A DNA stretch of 64,000 nt from Felis catus (Eukaryota): positions 92,630,001-92,694,000 of the forward strand of contig NC_058368.1 of assembly GCF_018350175.1 (NCBI RefSeq), given 5' to 3'. Position numbers and translations under genes: made by a program. Below are positions 63,364-64,000 of the stretch, one piece after another (positions within the stretch are counted from its first letter, which is position 1; every line of letters begins with the position of its first letter). Below the pieces are notes generated by a model. The model was not told the DNA's origin. It searched no databases and saw nothing but the letters and a program-made list of their open reading frames with translations.

Positions 63364-63587
63364 TTTTTTTTTTTTTTTTTTTTAAGTTTATTTATTTTTG
63401 AGAGAGAAAGAGATACAGCAAGCTGGGGAGGGGCAGAGAGAGAGGGAGACAGAGCGAGAATCCCAAGCAGGCTTTGTGCTGTCAGCACAGAGTCCAGCTC
63501 AGGGCCCGAACTCATGTACCTTGAGATCATGACCTGAACTGATACCAAGGATTGGAGGCTTAACCAACTGAGCCACCCAGGTGCCCC
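63364..63587 (-). mobile_element. Can-SINE
   Basis: Poly-T, body and head. Confidence 0.9.
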
Positions 63588-63767
63588 AAAGCCACCTTTT
63601 GCAATGGAGAAATGGTCATGCATGCAGCTGAAACCCTTCAGATAATCCCTGCGTGGGGTCTGTGCCAGCAGGCCCTGGTAGGTTCACTTCCATTACTTGC
63701 CAGACTTCTCTTGTATTGTTCAACCAGCCTGTTTCATGTTTCAGCTATGCTTTGCTATTTAAAAAAA

Positions 63768-63984
63768 ATTTTTTTTTACTATTTATTTAAACATTAAATA
63801 AATGTTGGGGGGGGGTGATGGTAAGCAGAGGAGGGGTGGAGAGAGGGAGACGCAGAATCCGAAGCAGGCTCCAGGCTCTGAGTTGTTATTACAGAGCCTG
63901 ATGTGGGGCTCGAACTCGTGAATGGGGAGATCATGACCTGAGCTGACGTTGGACGCTTAACCAATTGAGCCACCTAGGCACCCC
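63768..63984 (-). mobile_element. Can-SINE
   Basis: Body and head. Confidence 0.88.
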
Positions 63985-64000
63985 TGTGCTTCTCTATTTA

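Noticed and set aside
671..63984. tRNA-like A/B boxes and dispersed repeats as tRNA genes or a CRISPR-like array
   Set aside because: All are tRNA-derived SINE heads with CT tracts, A tails and TSDs; no regular repeat-spacer periodicity

Overview
Mammalian genomic DNA, almost certainly felid (cat-like). It carries about 50 tRNA-derived Can-SINE/SINEC copies and carnivore/felid L1 3' ends. I find no protein-coding exon that I can support; the ORF-track hits fall in repeats, low-complexity tracts or the GC-rich island. Positions 1-45,900 are repeat-dense, apparently intergenic DNA. They contain a fragmented ERVL provirus (gag, pol, LTR33-like LTR), MLT1/MLT2 LTR elements, Tigger-family DNA transposons, and young and old L1s, two with twin-priming inversions. 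A CpG island at about 45,990-47,110 looks like the promoter and first exon of an unidentified gene, probably on the + strand. It has a MEF2/TATA element, kB-like sites, inverted GC boxes, a (CG)12(CA)12 tract and a splice donor at 47209/47210. Positions 47,210-64,000 would then be intron 1, which holds an antisense solo ERV LTR with intact-looking promoter motifs and a CpG-retaining enhancer-like block. I see no convincing new multi-gene system. The most interesting signals are the promoter architecture, the antisense LTR, a Tigger relic keeping a PIP-box-like motif, and several mutational scars. Repeat names come from recalled consensus similarity, not a database search, and boundaries without a TSD are approximate.
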